Shown here one piece after another: positions 1 to 14,054 of a stretch of 64,000 nt of DNA. Every line of letters begins with the position of its first letter. Within the stretch, counting starts at the first letter, position 1. Both the position numbers and the translations under genes were made by a program. The notes below the pieces were generated by a model. That model saw nothing but the letters and a program-made list of their open reading frames with translations. It had not been told where the DNA came from and ran no database searches. The DNA is from the human T2T-CHM13v2.0 reference genome, Homo sapiens, in assembly GCF_009914755.1 (NCBI RefSeq), contig NC_060929.1, one strand, 5' to 3'.

Positions 1-1529
1 TTGAAAGCAAGGTGACAGGAGGAGAGTGAGCATGGGAGAGCAAGATTGAGAGGTAAAAACGTGTGGGCCAGATTGTGTTGGGGTAATTCATCCTCCCATA
101 ACCCTGTCTACTAGTGATATATCCTACACGCATATATTTATTGGACATCTGTATATTCTCTTCTGTGAATTACCCTCAGGATAAAGTAAAATAATAAGAC
201 ATATGCCCTCAAGGTGAACCCTTTATTGGAAACTAATGAAATGGTTTGTATGAGGATGCCGAAAGAAAAAGATTCAATGCAGGCTACAAAGAAGAGAGCC
301 TGAAGGATGCTGTCCAAAGGCTTAGGTTTGACATGTTAATTGTAGTGCTGTAGAGGGTGGGAGGACAGCCCTGGTCGCAGTATGTAAGGGCATGAGACAT
401 TCTGGGGTAAGGCATATCAGAAGGCAAAAGGGACCAAAAAAACAGAACAGTGACAGCCAGACCAGAAAAGAAACTTCATCTTCTTTAGCACTTTTTTTAT
501 TAGGAACAGCCTAATAAAAACTTCAACTATCAAAATTAAAGATGACTATTTTAATTGGTTTTCTAATTCTGCAATAGTTTTATAATTGTTTTCCAAAGAA
601 GCCTTCAGCATTGCCGCATGCCTTCTTTACTCATAGTAAAAATCCTGTTCAACTTGCTATGATTAAAAATGTCTATTATTTCTTAGCATTCAGAAAATGC
701 TTTAAAAAAATGTCTTTGGGTTTTTCACAACAATCCTCTTTTGCTAAAGTCTGTAACTCAGAAAATATTCATTTTGGGAGGAAAGTCTACAGTAAATGCC
801 CTTGGGTCAAAGGCCTCTGTCTAGTAGAGTTCTTCTAAATGAAATCCAGTGAAAGCATATTAGCAAGTTTCACAGTTTATCTATGGCTTTCCATCAATTG
901 TTAGAAAATGGCATTTACATTCCTTAGTCAGTTTAACAAGTGCTTTATTGTTTAGTGATATTTGGACTTCTGACATCTTTAGACCCTTGAGGTTAAAGTC
1001 AAAATACTTTAAACAAAACAGCATTTATTCAAGTCATTCAGGGCTTAAAAAGCATTTTTCTCCAAAGAAAGGGATATTAGTGGTCATTTCCCAACCTTTA
1101 TCCTTAGCATATTATAAATTATAGCTTGTAGAAAACCTCTTGACCAAATATCTTTCAATGGACTATCAGGCCCTTATCAGGAGACTTCTTTGAGAATTTT
1201 TGTAAATCAGGAGCTTAAGAATTCTCATACTATTTCTAGTGGTGATAAGGTGGTGAGAAATACATAAGATTTTTCTGGAGTAAAGGACACTTCCTGAGAA
1301 TATTACAGGAGCTCACAGAAGCAGAATTCACCCAACTAGACCTCCCAGGAACTTTTAATAAAATATTTCATCTGAGCTCTAAATGTGAGCCTACAAGCTT
1401 TAAAGCTGGGAAAGTAGGTTTTGTAACCCCCAACCCTGAAGCTTGTGTGAACCCATACCCATAAACACCCATACACACCCACACACATAAACGACTAGCA
1501 GAGTATTCTGTACTCTATTAAAACTCAAA

Positions 1530-1997
1530 AATTATTGTCCTTGTCCTATTTAATATATTTTATTAATTACCTGTTTGAGGACTTAGAAGGCATGTCTATA
1601 TCTATGATAACAAGGATAAGAGAGTTTAAATAAAGAATCAAGATTTAGTGAACCATGCGCTAAACCTGATATGATAACATTAAACATGGTTGAATGTAAA
1701 AGCCTGTAATTAGGTCTGAAATATCAACTGCAAATGTGGGGACTAGAGGAGACCTTGTTTAACATAATTCCTATGACAGAGGCATGTAGGTTAGTTAATT
1801 ATAAACTTACTGTATGAAACAATGTGATATGACTGCCAAAATAGGAAACAAATTCCAAGTTAGGCTTCATTAATAAAGAAGAATAGTGTCTTGATCCAAG
1901 AAGGTAATTTTCCTACTTAATGAGAACACATCTAGAGCATTTTGTCTACTTCTTGGTGACATATAAATAGGATATTGAAAACTAGTACCTATTCAGT
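1530..1997 (+). mobile_element. L3/CR1 LINE fragment (ancient)
   Basis: Degenerate match to the CR1 ORF2 3' region, e.g. cacatctagagcattttgtctacttcttgg...gatattgaaaactag resembles CR1 cacacctggagtattgtgtccagttctggg...gacattgacaaactgg. Boundaries approximate. Confidence 0.55.
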
Positions 1998-2014
1998 TCC
2001 TGAAATGTACAGAT

Positions 2015-2508
<494 letters not shown>

Positions 2509-2519
2509 ATAAACCTCTA

Positions 2520-3230
2520 TTATCTATCTCCTCTGGCCATTGTCTTTGTCTCTCCTTCTTCCCCACTGCCTCAAATTCCCTCAAATTCGCAACCCTCAAA
2601 GTTTTTCCAGAACAACCTCAGTAGCCTACTTAGGCTCCCAGATTCCAGATTGCTTTACTTTAACCCACTCTCCCTTTACCTGCTGCCAAGGTGATCAGAC
2701 TAGCATGCAAATATTATCAAGTCACTCCCATACTCATAATACTTCGATGGCTACCCACAGTACTCAGCATAAAGCTCAAATTCCATGAAGTGTGTAAGAC
2801 TCTTTATGATCTGGGCCTTATCTATAACCTATAAATCCTTCTCAAGCCTTCTCTTCTATCACTGCACCGTACACTGTTTTCACTCTTGCCATGCTTCACA
2901 TGAATATGACGCACTATTTCATATTTTGGTGCCTTTGTTATTACTCAGTCCATATATCTCTTTTCCTTCAAGTCTCAATTTAGTTAACTCTTTAAGAAAA
3001 CAAAATGTCTTTGATGCCTCTACTATGTGTTCTATAGAATTTAGTATATACTTCTAATTAGCGTCAATCACATTAAATTCTTATGTTTCATTTATCTTTC
3101 TCATTATACTCTAAACTTTCTCATTTAGTGTCTAATTCTTATCAGTCTCTGTAATCTCAGTGGGTAGCACAATGCCCAGCCCAATATGACTCTCAAAAAA
3201 ATTCTTGTAGATGGAAAAAAATAAATGAAC
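2520..3230 (+). mobile_element. L2 LINE 3' fragment
   Basis: Pyrimidine-rich L2 body ending in the degenerate L2 3' terminus (tagcacaatgcccagccc...ataaatgaac). Boundaries approximate. Confidence 0.6.
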
Positions 3231-3239
3231 AATGATAGA

Positions 3240-3555
3240 CCTGAAAGCCATGTTGTATGAACTGACCATGGACATCTGGTCTATGAGAAAAAGGATGTTA
3301 CCATTTTAAACATGTAAAACAATGAGACATTCCAGTTGATTACAGAAAATCATCTAGAAGAAACAAGTAGATACTATGGGAGACATATTTTTGCTCACTG
3401 TATAATTAGAACTTTTACAAATGAGATGATTCCCGTGAGGTAGGATACTGAATTCAATAGAGCTGTTCAAGCAGTCTGAATGCATTTCTTCACTGAATGG
3501 GGAATAGAGGGATGGATAAAGAATTTCTAAAATTCCTTCCAACTCTAAGACTCTT
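3240..3555 (+). mobile_element. L3/CR1 3' end
   Basis: Ends in aaattccttccaactctaagactct, matching the L3 terminus aaggtcccttccaactctaagattct. Confidence 0.6.
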
Positions 3556-4877
3556 CTTCCATTTTAAAATGAACATTTAGTAAACAAATCAACTGACTTT
3601 CAGAAAACATTGGTCTTAGTTAGAGAAACTAGTGTCCAAGAAGAATGAAGACCAGAGCACAAAGAAGTTGGCTGTTTTTAAAAAGGCACCCTTATCATCT
3701 ATCTGGAATTAAAATAAGGGCATAAACATACTTAGAAAAAGATACACTGCTATTTCAAGCTGTCACTAAATTTCCATAAATCAGGTAAAATTCTTAGAGG
3801 AAGTGGATCAGAGAAAACAAATAACTGCTATTTATACCAACCTCCTACCCTAAGCCCTAAAAACTCATGCAAAGATAATGACTAAGAGAATGAAAATAAC
3901 AAATCAGATCAATTATATTACAACTCTTTTACTGTCCAAGAATAGCCCTCTCTTCCAGTGAAGGAAAACTCAATAAATTACATGTAGAAAGAGCAACTCA
4001 ATCACCCATGTAGCTTCTGGCTGCCACCAGAAAGATCAGAGGAAGTTATTATTAGAAACTTGGGAAACACACATTAGAAACCACAGCAAAGGCCTTGGAT
4101 ATTTAAAAACTCAAATAGTTTCCATCTGTGTGTCAAGCCATAACCAAATTTGCCCAAACATTGGATATACTGGGGAAAAAGATAAATCAACATGCAAGAT
4201 TAGTAAATAAGAGATACATGGAAATGGAGACCCCTAGCAAATGTAGTGGTAGATACTGAGGAATTAAAAGTGGGAGGTAAGAAGAATATTTTTACTAGAA
4301 AAAAATTGCACAGTTCATCTCTTTCTAAGCTAAAATGTCTGCATTTTACACAGAAATTGAAGAATTTTCCTGGCAAATAAAGCAAAGGAGGAGCTAAAAT
4401 TAAAGAAGGACATTTCAAATAAAATTGTGGAAACATCCCAAAAGACCCATGGAACATTTGTCAGAGGCCTCCAGATGAGCCTGTATCTCTCCGCATGAGA
4501 ACTTCATCTTACCCTCACTTACATGGGCTTGTTACCAAGACCTAGAAGCTCTCTTTCAGGAAAGTTTCTTCCCTAAATGTCAAAACCCCCACCTTCTTCT
4601 GAGAAGTGTTGCATTCTTACAATTCACCAAACAGTGCTTATTGCAAAGCCTATCACATAGTCTATTCTCAGGTAAGGTTTATAGAATGAATGAATGAACA
4701 AACTCATCTAAGGTAAATGGATGTCACCAGATCCCAGTGGCCTTTCTTCTTAAACAAATTTAAAATTATTTAGGTACAAATATTTTGGAGTTAAAATTAG
4801 TGTCCTTTAGCACACTACAGTTATGATACAGACCCTGGAATTATCTCTGTTGGCACATCTTTGTAAGTTACTTTCTG

Positions 4878-5170
<293 letters not shown>

Positions 5171-7901
5171 GAAATTACCTTCTGATATAATTCAAAATAG
5201 AAGTCTTCCAAATAAAAAATTCTACTCTGTCTTCAAAATTGTTCCTGAATTTTGTTAAAAATGCTCGTCTCAGCCTCCAAGCAAATTCCCTTTAACTTGA
5301 GATCATGCTAGTGAACCTGTGCATGCATGTTTTGTCAAATTATTTTTCCCTTGTTGAGATGATGAGTTTTCCTAATCCTTCCAAATGCGTTCACCTGGGC
5401 TCTTCCTAGGCTTAGTAACAAGCCCTTTTAATTTATCTGGCCTTAAATTCAGGTCATAGTCTATGGCCATAAATGTACCTTTCCTCTAACGAATATAACT
5501 AACCTTTACAGGGTGTCTAATATTTTTATTAAATGAACAAATAGATTCTCAAAACCCAAGCCCCACCACCCACCCCTCATAGTAGCAGCGTATCACTAGA
5601 CAGAATGCTACCTTTTCATATACTAACTCTCCTTTTTCTGCAATCACAACCAAAGCTAGATCAAGGACGTGGAATTCTTTTTAGGCTTACCAGCCTGGTT
5701 TCCATTATCTTCACATGTATTTCCTTTAGGGCCTGACTGTTTTAAAATCTTTTGTTATGGGGTTTGGAGTGCATCTTGAAATATAAATATTTATGGTGAA
5801 TAAAAGCAAAGGCAAGTCATACAATTTTACAGCCAAAACTCCTCCCTGGACATTATAAGCTCATTTACTGCAAAGGAAGTTCTCCTTATTGGGGAGAAAG
5901 AAGCAAGGGGATGAAGCATATCACTAAAATATTTAAGGATAAGCAGCCCAGCTCTGTATTATTCACAGCCAACTTGTGTTGCTGCTCAGAGACACCTAAC
6001 TCCCCACAGGTAGTTTGCTAATGCCCTTCTTATCTTACCTTTTTCAGAGCTCTATAAGCCCCCAAACTACAAGAGGATCCTAAGTTCATTGAAAATAAAA
6101 TGGAAATTGTGAGCAACTGAACTTCAGAGCAGCAGCCCCTTTACTCTGTCCCACTCTAAGACATGCTTTAACCTCCACCTTCAGCCACTGCCAAAGCCAT
6201 TAAGTTAAACTTACACCATCCAGACAACCTTGCTCCCCAAGCAACTAGTCTGGACAACTGTTCTGCCTCAGCAACCTCAGCTCCCAACATAACTCGTTAA
6301 CCATTAAACTGTTCCTCTAATATCTCTTCAGGGGCCAAGTCCAGGCTGCAAGCAATGTAAATCCGTTCTACTGGAAAGAGTTGTATACAACAGAATGAAA
6401 ACTGGCTCAAGGTCAAGAAAAAAAGAACAGAAAACAAGGCTACAAAAGACAGAGTGATTACATTCATACATCATTTTTGCAGTTCTTTTCTGACTTTCCT
6501 CTCAAAATTACAAAGAAGCATACTTTAAAACCATCCAAGTCCATGGTTTCCTTTATTCTTTCATTTAGAATCCTAGCTCTACACATTCAGAAACTATGAC
6601 ATGATTTTAAAATGCTACATGAATATATATATATGCATATATATGAGTATGTGTATATTTATATATTTTTTTTAATTCCAAACACATTTTAAGAGATCCC
6701 AGAGGCAAAAGACACACTGTATCATGTTTATTAAGACAGAAAGAAAAGTCTTCACGATTGCATATGTCAAATAAGTAAGTATTGACTTATGCTTAGCCAA
6801 AGCTAAAGACAAGCCAAGATACACTGGGAAACTGCAGAGGATTTTCCTCTTATCAAGCAGATACAGATACAATCCTATCCAGATACAGAATGAAACTTCA
6901 AATATGTAATTATGTTTGAAGAACTGAGAGAACAAAATGCCCCAGATACCTAAAAGAACCATCTATGCTTATTATCTGAGTTTCCCATCTGATTCTTCCC
7001 TCTAATTCGATCCATTTTTGCCCATCACCATTAAACTGTGACTCTGACCAGACAGGAGATAGGGTATAAAGACCATGCCCTCTCTCATTTTCCACCCTCT
7101 GATCTCCAGCTTATGCTTCCCGTTGGCAAAGGAATCTGGCTAATAAGATGCAGAAAGGTTAGCCTCCCAGAGCAAAGAAGGTGAAGCAGTGTGCAGAGTA
7201 GACTTTGTGGGCAAATAGAGAAGAGCTAACACATATCCCTGCCAATGCTTCATAGAATTGTGGAGCTGATAAAATAAGATGATACACATGAAGGTGTCCA
7301 GCATAATGCCTGCTACACAGAAAGCACTCAGTATACATGAGTTTCCATTCCCCCTAGCCTTGCAGGGCTTTCATGCCACCAAGCGTAAATTGAGGGAGTG
7401 GAATTCACAGGGAGCTATATGGTTCCTTCAAACTCTGATTTCTACAACTATGTCCCAACTCCTCTTTTATAAAATAAAACCCTCATCTTGAGAAACTTTA
7501 TCCGGTAGCTCATCAAGAGTCTTCATTTTGCTGTTTAAGAGCATTGAGAAACCATCCTCCAAATACGGTTTTTCTCCAGACTTAACAGAAAGCATATCTT
7601 TAGAAACCAAGAGGGAAAAATTAGGATTGTGGTAGATATACAGATAATTCAGCAAAAATATCCAGATGAAAAGTATTGCTCAAAAAATCTTTCCCCATTC
7701 CACCTAAGCCTCCCTTGCCCTTAGCAATGTGTCTTAACTTTAATGCACTAACATAAGCTAAATAACACAATGACTGAATCACAATGATTCATCCTAAGTG
7801 CATGGACATGTATCTAGAATAGCATGATTACATTTATTCTAGTCAAATAATTTGAGATCAGAAAACTAAAAGGGAGAGCAAGTTCAAATGCTGATGAGTA
7901 G

Positions 7902-8226
<325 letters not shown>

Positions 8227-8379
8227 GAGAAAAGTTTTTATCCTGAGCTTTGATTGAGAGATATTTTTTCCCAAATCAGATTTTTCCTCCTCTGTATATT
8301 TGTGCTTCATTCTTAAACTGTCCTGAATGGTCTTTTGAGACATGTTTGTTCTCATAGTTCACAATGTTAACCAAGCATA

Positions 8380-8730
8380 CTTCTTTGCAAATGCTGTTCC
8401 TTCTGGAAAATGCTCTCTCTCTTCAACACCCCACTCCTGCCACTCCCCCAAATACCCACAAATCTAGCTGTCTTACTTGTTCAAAGCTCTGCTGAAACAT
8501 CGTCTTATCAGATAGGTCTTTCCTGACCAGTTTATCCAAATAATAGTTCCACCCCATCACTCTCTTTCTCTCTGACCTTAATTTTTCCCAGAAGCATTTA
8601 TTACCCATGACATATTATGTATTTTTATTTGTCTGTTTCTAACTAATTAAGTCCCCATGAAATCAGAGACTATGGCTATTTAGTTCCTAATAGCCTATAC
8701 CAGTTTCGATAAATGACGAATATGCAAAAA
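8380..8730 (+). mobile_element. L2 fragment
   Basis: gctgttccttctggaaaatgctct ... ataggtctttcctgacc ... gtccccatgaaatcagagac, matching the L2 3' region. Confidence 0.6.
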
Positions 8731-8789
8731 GCATTCGTTCTTGGCTGAAGATAGGCAACGGATACAATGGACAAAGGATTCTGTACTTT

Positions 8790-9150
8790 GGGTTGCAAAG
8801 TAACTACAAGACATGTGATTTATTTTATCTTTAACACATTCACACCTAAATCTACATATCCAAATTTGTATTGTCCTGTTGAAGGTCTTCCTCTTTGGTA
8901 TCTATTCACTTACTCTCGTTAAGCTGCCATTACTTACAATTTCTTGGAGTTCCATTTCATTATTGACATCAGCTCAAATTATTTTGAGTAGCCTCAGCTG
9001 TAGCAAATATAGATGAATCTAATTTTCTTAAATAACCCCAAATCACTCAGAATAAGGAATGGCAAGTGGAGTGAATAAGCAGGCTGAGTGATACCAGTTG
9101 TGGTCAAATATTAAGGATGACTATAAGGTAGTAAGAGCTCAGTTATTCAG
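8790..9150. mobile_element. MARNA (TcMar-Mariner) fossil
   Basis: gctgccattacttacaatttcttggagttcc and aggctgagtgataccagttgtggtcaaa...gatgactataaggtagtaaga resemble the MARNA consensus. Confidence 0.55.
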
Positions 9151-10073
9151 AAACTGGACTAAAGAGAATCACCCACACAAAATGAGTCACCAGTGTTTTT
9201 GCACAGGGGCCAAATCATCACAATAAATGCACCATCTTCAAGTCAGCACTCTGAGAGAAAACTGCCATTTTGATGCAAAAATTCTAATCATAGCTTTAAA
9301 ACTCAGGTCATTACCTCCAGTTCATATAGGAGTCTCAGATTTTTTTCTCTAAAGAGTTCAATGGGAGTTTAAAATAAATAGTTTACACGAATTTCAAATC
9401 CTTGAACTCTTAGAGGACATATTTTTAAATGTACATCCTCACATTGTGTTTTCAATTTATAAGACATTATTTTCCTTTTCCTAGAAGCCTAAAGCCATGT
9501 CAGGAGACTCATGATTAGGTACTGCAGTGAGAACTATCAGAGGAGAACATGTCCAACAAAATGATCTCTCGTGTTTATAGAAATTCACAGTTTACACAGG
9601 AACTAATAAAATGAACAAAAAGGAAGGTTTCCTGACCCAATAAGGTTTCTGGGAAATATCAGCACTTTGTATGAACCAAGCCAAAATGAGGCATTTCAGC
9701 CAGTCACAAATGCACACCATGTTTACCACAAATCTGAGACAAAGCTTAGAATAGCTTGAAACTTGAAAAGTACATTAGGTAATATATATAAAATTCTTGG
9801 CTGGGTTGTTAAATACATCATGGAAACATGAAGATCCAGTAATGTTTCTAGGAAGTAGACTCATGGGATTAAGAGATCACCTGGTCTTTCTTCCTCAAAT
9901 TTACCACCAAACATAAACATGCCCCTTGCGGGTAGACAGGCCCCCTTGAAGTTAACTCCCATCAAAGAGATACTTTATAAAACAGGCCTTTTGGAGCTTG
10001 AGGTAGGCCAGATAATGCCCCAACAAAGATATCAAATTGTAATTTCTAGAACCTGTAAATGTTATCTGTTAAG

Positions 10074-10505
10074 TGTTAAATTAAATAAGCAGGAGGCCAT
10101 TAGCCAGAGGCTCTCTCCATACTTTGAGTTCCTACATAACAAACTATAACCTAACTCAGTAGTAAACAAACCAGAACCTAATTCAGAGTATATTTTGTAA
10201 CAAATAGCCATTTTATCCAATCACAAACAGCGAAGCTTCAGCCAATCACAGGTAGCCAACAAATTAGACCATATCCGTTAACGCAAATGCCTCATCACAC
10301 CATGCCCAAATAAGGCAAACATCTAGCTAAAGCCAATCAGGTGATTTCTTCACTTTGGTCCCATGTTAAGCCTATAAAAGCTTCCTGCTCACACAGATGG
10401 GTGGAGCTCTTTGAACCTCTGCCAATTCTGAGAAGTGCCCAATTCATGAATCACTATTTGCTCAAATAAACTGCATTACATTTGTCTGAAGATTTTCTTT
10501 TAACA
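10074..10505 (+). mobile_element. Solo ERVL-class LTR (LTR47-like)
   Basis: TGTTAA...TTAACA termini; 5-bp TSD ttaag (10069-10073) / tgaag (10506-10510); CCAAT boxes, TATAAAA and AATAAA in LTR order. Family name from memory only. Confidence 0.8.
10217..10379 (+). promoter_or_regulatory. LTR U3 promoter elements: 3x CCAAT, CArG box, TATA
   Basis: CCAAT at 10217, 10242, 10333; CCAAATAAGG (CC-W6-GG) at 10306-10315; TATAAAA at 10373-10379. Activity not shown. Confidence 0.5.
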
Positions 10506-10649
10506 TGAAGCAAAAGGGATTTTGCAGGTGTGGTTATGTTGAGGATCTTCAGATGGTAAGATTATCTAGGTGGGCCTTAAATGCAATCACATGTATCCTT
10601 ACAAGAGTGAGCAGAAGGAGATTTAACAAAGAGACACACAGAAGGGAAC

Positions 10650-11220
10650 ATATGTTTTCATTCCTCTTCAGTACATACATAGGAGGAGATTCCTGATTGT
10701 TTAACATTTTTTGGAACTGCCAAACTGTATTCCAAAGTGACTGTACTATTTTACATTCCCATCAACAGTATATGAAAGTTCTAATTTCTCTAAATTCTCA
10801 CCAACACTTATTATGATGTGTCATTTTTTCATTATAACCATCTACTGAGTATGTATTATGGTTTTTATTTGCATTTCCCTGCTGGCTAATCATGTTGACC
10901 ATCTTTTCATGAGCTCATTGGCATTTCTCTATCTTTGGAGAAATGTCTATTCAGATCCTTTGCCCATTTTTATTTGAATTATTTGTCTTTTTATTATTGA
11001 GTTGTAAGAATCCTTTATATATTCTACATTCAAGTCCCTTAGCAGATACATAGTTTGCAAATATCTCCTTCCTTTCTGTGTGTCATCATTTCACTTTTTT
11101 AAAGAACAAAAGCTTTTAATTACGATGAAGTTGAATTTATTTTCTTCTAAGAGTTTTATAGCTCTTATATTTAGGTTTATTATCTACTTTGAGTTAATTT
11201 TTGTGTGTGGTATAAGGTAT
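10650..11220 (-). mobile_element. Old L1 (L1MB-like) ORF2 3' fragment
   Basis: actgccaaactgtattccaaagtgactgtactattttacattcccatcaacag and ctttggagaaatgtctattcagatcctttgcccatt match antisense L1. Confidence 0.85.
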
Positions 11221-11221
11221 T

Positions 11222-12112
11222 AAGAGTATGAAAAGACAAGCAACAGATGGGGAAACAATATTTCTGAATAAAATTTCTAAAAAAAAAAAAACTTGTATCT
11301 AGAATATACAAAAAACTCACAAAACTCAGGTATAAGAAAATAATCTAAGTTTTAAAAATAGCAAAAAAAAAATTTGAACAGACACTTCACCAAAAAAGTA
11401 ATAGGGATGGCAAATACGAATATGAAAAAAAGTTCACCATCAATGATCATTGAGGAAATGTAAAAAAAAGGCTGCAATGTGTCATTATTTACTTATTATA
11501 ATAACTACAATTTAAAAAATCTGGCAATACCAACTGTTGGCAAGAATAAGAAACAAAAACAATATTCCCATTGGTAATGCAAGATGGTAGAGTCACTCTG
11601 GAGAAGAGTTTGACGGGTTCTTACAAACTGAAATGCACATTTACCATGTGACCAAGCAGTCTCACTCCTAAATATTTATCCTGAAATGAAAACCCATGTT
11701 CACATACATGAATTTTTGTACATTCACATACATGAATTGCTATAATTGCCAAAACTTGGAAACAACCCAAATGTCTCTCAATTGGAGACAAATTATTGAT
11801 ACACACAGTAGCATGGATGAATCTCAAATGCATTTTGCTAAGTGAAATAAGCCAGCCTGAAAAGGTTATATACTGCACGATTCTATTTATATGATATTCA
11901 GGAAAAGGCACAATGAGAGGGATGGAGAACAGATAAGTGGTTGTCAAGAGTTAAGGTTGAGGGGATCACCATGAGGGAACTTCAGGGGAGGATGATCAAA
12001 CTGTTTTGTATCCTTTGGTTACACAATTTTATGCATTTGTCAAAACTCACAGAACTGTACACATACCCAAAAGTGAATTTTGCTGTATATAAATAAAAAA
12101 CAAATCTTAAAA
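11222..12112 (+). mobile_element. Old L1 (L1MC/MD/ME-like) 3' end
   Basis: gaacagacacttcacc, gcatggatgaatctcaaatgcattttgctaagtgaaa, tgcatttgtcaaaactcacagaactgtacac, A-rich tail. Confidence 0.85.
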
Positions 12113-12949
12113 AGTGTGGGGGGCACAGAAGATTTGTGAAAATGTTTAAGAACACAAAGGAATCAGCAGCAGCTCTGAATGTTTTTTTGTGAATCCAGTA
12201 GTAACCTATGGATCTCTTCAGTTTAGCTCTTTATAATTTTTATGTTGCTTTAAAAGAACTAGTTAATAACAATGTTATAGCTCTAGTTTTCATTTTATCC
12301 ATGAATATAAACAGGCATTGTGAAAAAAGCATGTGTTCTTTTGCTTTATCTCAAACAAAGCCTGATGCAACAAAGCAATTTCCATGGTAATGACACTTTT
12401 TATTCAACATAAAGACAAATAACTGGATAAAAGTACATAGTTAGATGATGCAGAATGTGTGTATGCCTGGACTAAACCAGGCCTCTAGCCAGATGATTAG
12501 CCACATCGAAAAATTTCTTTATTTTTCTAAGAGCAAACTCAGTCTCTCCCTTTTGTGCTCATCTTCCCCAGTGAAAAATGGCAACCTAAAGGCCTTTCTC
12601 TAGCTGTCATTTGTTACTGAAAATACAATGAAGAGAGAAATAGTCATCCAAAATGTCTAGTGTTGAGGAAGTCCCACCACTACCCCCTGTCTGAGCACTG
12701 AATGTGTATATGTGGGTGGTTTTTTAGGGTGGAGGATAATTAAAGATGAATAGCTAATGAATTAAGTACCACTCCGTTTATCTCTAAGAAATTGCAAATG
12801 ACCTTATCATTGAACAGAATCTCAGAAACTATTTAATTCAGCTCCTTGTTTAAGAGATGAAAAAGAAATGGGTTAGTAAGTGATCAGACAACTGGATTGC
12901 GGCAAAACCAGAACTGGAACTGCAATATTCTGACTCCTGATACTCTACT

Positions 12950-13126
12950 CAGGGCCAGCTTCAGGGGCATGTGACTTGTGAAATCTCACAGGGCCTGGTT
13001 TTCAGAAGGGCCCCTCTCTTGGTTTAATGCTCGGCTGTACCTGTCTTGAAATTCTTGGTAATATTTGAAAAAAGGACCCCGTATTTTCATTTTGCACTGG
13101 TCCCGCAAATTACACAGCTGATTCTG
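12950..13126 (+). mobile_element. MER91A (hAT-Tip100 MITE) inserted in a MIR
   Basis: cagggccagcttc...cattttgcactggtcccgcaaattacacagctgattctg; 8-bp TSD actctact (12942-12949) / actctacc (13127-13134). Confidence 0.88.
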
Positions 13127-14054
13127 ACTCTACCCTCTCAAAGATTGTTTCATAGAAAGAAAACTTCATACTCCAGCCAATGGCATGAAGACAAATTCAA
13201 GAGATAAGGAAATTAAAAACAAACAAACAAACAAAACAGGAAAAAATTATAGAAGAAAAAAATACCTCTTGTGCATCCTATAGAACATCAGTCACCATGT
13301 GACTGAAAAATGGCTTCATGGGAAATAATACAGATAGAACCCCAACAAATTTCACCAGAGGCCAGCCCAAGCTCCCAAGAAACCACTAGTAAGCAGTGAT
13401 TGAGTGGGAAGAGGATGGGGTACATCCAATCTAGCTGTACAATTTACCTGAACATCCTCTGACCAAAAAGGCCTTAGTAGATCTGATTGGTCTTCTCATG
13501 CAGGAATCACACTAAACATCTCATCATATGGAAAAAAATAATCTCCAGATAAGAGGCCCTCAAAAGGTGTTTATATGCTGAAGTATATACAGATTTGCCA
13601 GTGGGGAATTTGGAGGTGTCTAATTGTAAGAAATGTTACACCAGGCAATAATACCAATGAGGACATTAGGGAAACCTAATCCTTTTGTCCATTAGTGGTG
13701 CATTTGACAGGAGGTGGAGAGTCCCTGATCATGAATTACTTTCTTTCAACAAAAATTATATTTTTAGTGAAGCAATATTGAGAAAGATTAAAAACACCAA
13801 TCCAAGTCTAAGTTTTACCACTCACAGTGCTATGACTGCCAAGTTATATAAGCCTTCTCAGTCTCTATTACTTTATCTGTAAAATAAGGACCATAAATTG
13901 ACCCTAATTTGTTAGCTTGCAAGGACCTATTTTCCCCAAAGTTTGTTCCACAGAAGACAAGGTCTGGAGAATAGCAAAAGTAATCTGTGAGTCAAACAAG
14001 TTTTGAAAACAATTGGTAATACGGTTTGGCTGTGTCCCCATCTGAATCATATCA

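Larger units (their letters stand above)
9998..10650 (+). mobile_element. MLT1B/C-type MaLR LTR, split by a solo LTR
   Basis: tgaggtaggccagataatgccccaacaaagat...ctagaacctgtaaatgttatc resumes after 10510 as caaaagggattttgcaggtgtggtt...gattatctaggtgggcc. Confidence 0.8.

Noticed and set aside
6039-6080. Possible short minus-strand exon (AAG|GTAAGA)
   Set aside because: No recognisable coding signal or partner exons; cannot be told apart from a pseudo-exon.
10650-12112. Adjacent opposite-strand L1 pieces as a twin-priming inversion
   Set aside because: They overlap the same part of the L1 consensus, look like different subfamilies and share no TSD, so they are independent insertions.
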